From positions 24,676,001 through 24,740,000 of the forward strand of contig NC_134475.1 in assembly GCF_964194025.1 (NCBI RefSeq): a stretch of 64,000 nt of DNA, read 5' to 3'. Position numbers and translations under genes: made by a program. Each line of letters begins with the position of its first letter. Position 1 is the first letter of the stretch. Below the pieces are notes generated by a model. The model was not told the DNA's origin, did no database searches, and worked only from the letters and a program-made list of their open reading frames with translations. This document shows positions 62,737-64,000 of the stretch, piece after piece. The DNA is from Convolutriloba macropyga (taxonomy: Eukaryota).

Positions 62737-64000
62737 TTATTGTTCCGACCCACTTTAGTGGGGGAGGAACTATATACTCAAATGGATTTTTTTTCAGACA
62801 ACTTTGGCCGATCGATATAATCATCGTAGAGAGTTGTCAATGGTATCATTAAAAAGCCCGTCCTGCGTAGAATATGGAATTTAAAAGATTTTTTCAATTT
62901 TCTTTTTTCATAGGGAATTATCGAGGTTTAAAGTTTAGTGAATATTAGACGTATTTTGGCCATTTTTATTCACTTTTTCGGTATTTTTGACCAAATTTTC
63001 CTCAATTTTGCTACCAATTGTTCAAATTGTGAACTGTTCAAATTGTGTAGTGTTAAATAATTTTATATCTAAAGATAGAGGAGGGTTGATGAATTGTTCG
63101 GTCCGAGTTTGTTGGCTAGAATTTATGCTCAATTTTTCACAATTCTTCATTTTTGCAATTTGCAATTCTACAATTTGCTCTCTCAGCCCACTTGCTTAAA
63201 ATTTGCCGGAAGTAAATACCTTAATTTGCGTATTTTTCTTTTTAGGCTGACAATCAAGCCAGTTGTACACCCACTGGCTTTGAGAATCTTTTGGAGTTAA
63301 AATTTTCAAACTCATTAAATCTACAAAATGCATTTTTTTTGACAAACTGAAAGATTTTGTTAAAAAAATTTTCCATTTTGCAACAATTTTATTGAATAAG
63401 TATTTTTTTAGGCGGGCAGCAATATCTGGGCTCATCTTGATCTCGCCTTGGATCCCTACAATAAAAAATTGTTTAGATTTTAATGGGGCGCGAGTTTTTT
63501 TTTTTCAAAATATTTCCGCTATGTAAAAGATTTTTATGTATACATTCACTTTACTTACAACAATTTCAAATCAGGGCTCAATTACCGACAGATACTATTT
63601 ACAAAAAGCGAGGCCTATATTATATTATGGTTTTAGAGTTAAGCGTGTGGTTTTGATTTCTATGGCTCTGACCATTATTTTCGTAAAAAAATTATGTACT
63701 TCTTGAATTTTGCTTCCTTGTGTTATCTTTTTTGTCCAATCTTTAAACCCAATAATTTATTGTACCCAGTCAAAGAACCAGCTGTTTTTGAGGAGGCATA
63801 ATTGAACCTTGATACTTCTTTCAGTTGTTGTCTAATGTACATTATGACTTTGAAAACATTTGTTTCAAAAAAGATTCGGTTAATTTTTGAATTTTGCAAC
63901 TACTTTATCTTATTTCTCTTAACTTCGGGCGCATTAAAAACAAGCAGAAACCGATTTTCTGTGGGTTACAAATTGATCTACGTAACGGTTTTATGTTCAA
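62737..64000 (+). mobile_element. HINE family 1 related copy 5 (5' part), in the hexosaminidase intron
   Basis: TTATTGTTCCGACCCACTTTAGTGGGGGAGGAACTATATACTCAA followed by the shared GGCCGATCGATAT...CGTAGAGAGTTG block. Confidence 0.72.

Overview
AT-rich eukaryotic genomic DNA (inferred invertebrate animal) with spliceosomal GT-AG introns and a very high transposon load; most ORFs in the supplied track are spurious. Four host genes can be assembled by hand: (1) a two-exon 92-aa orphan gene on the minus strand (7331-4381); (2) a divergently transcribed 7-exon, 335-aa FAM166/CIMIP2/C10orf82-like ciliary microtubule inner protein gene with PGY[TR]GY[VIL]P-type repeats (9340-21093, +); (3) a 3-exon, 634-aa ferric reductase/NADPH-oxidase-superfamily flavocytochrome with atypical motifs (49060-27749, -), whose 15.9-kb intron 2 is packed with repeats; and (4) the first coding exon of a GH20 beta-hexosaminidase (60936-61719, +). 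Mobile DNA: the gag 5' end of a BEL/Pao-like retrotransposon whose leader carries four conserved 39-nt hairpins; a complete but decayed Mag-like Ty3/Gypsy element (35424-42638, 419-bp LTRs, GGGTT TSD); five Helentron-type non-autonomous elements (HINE/DINE-1-like; four complete at ~3 kb, one cut by the window end) plus ends of further families; a ~6.8-kb nested tandem array; several MITEs; a Tc1 remnant; and local tandem duplications. All coordinates were counted by hand and no database searches were run.
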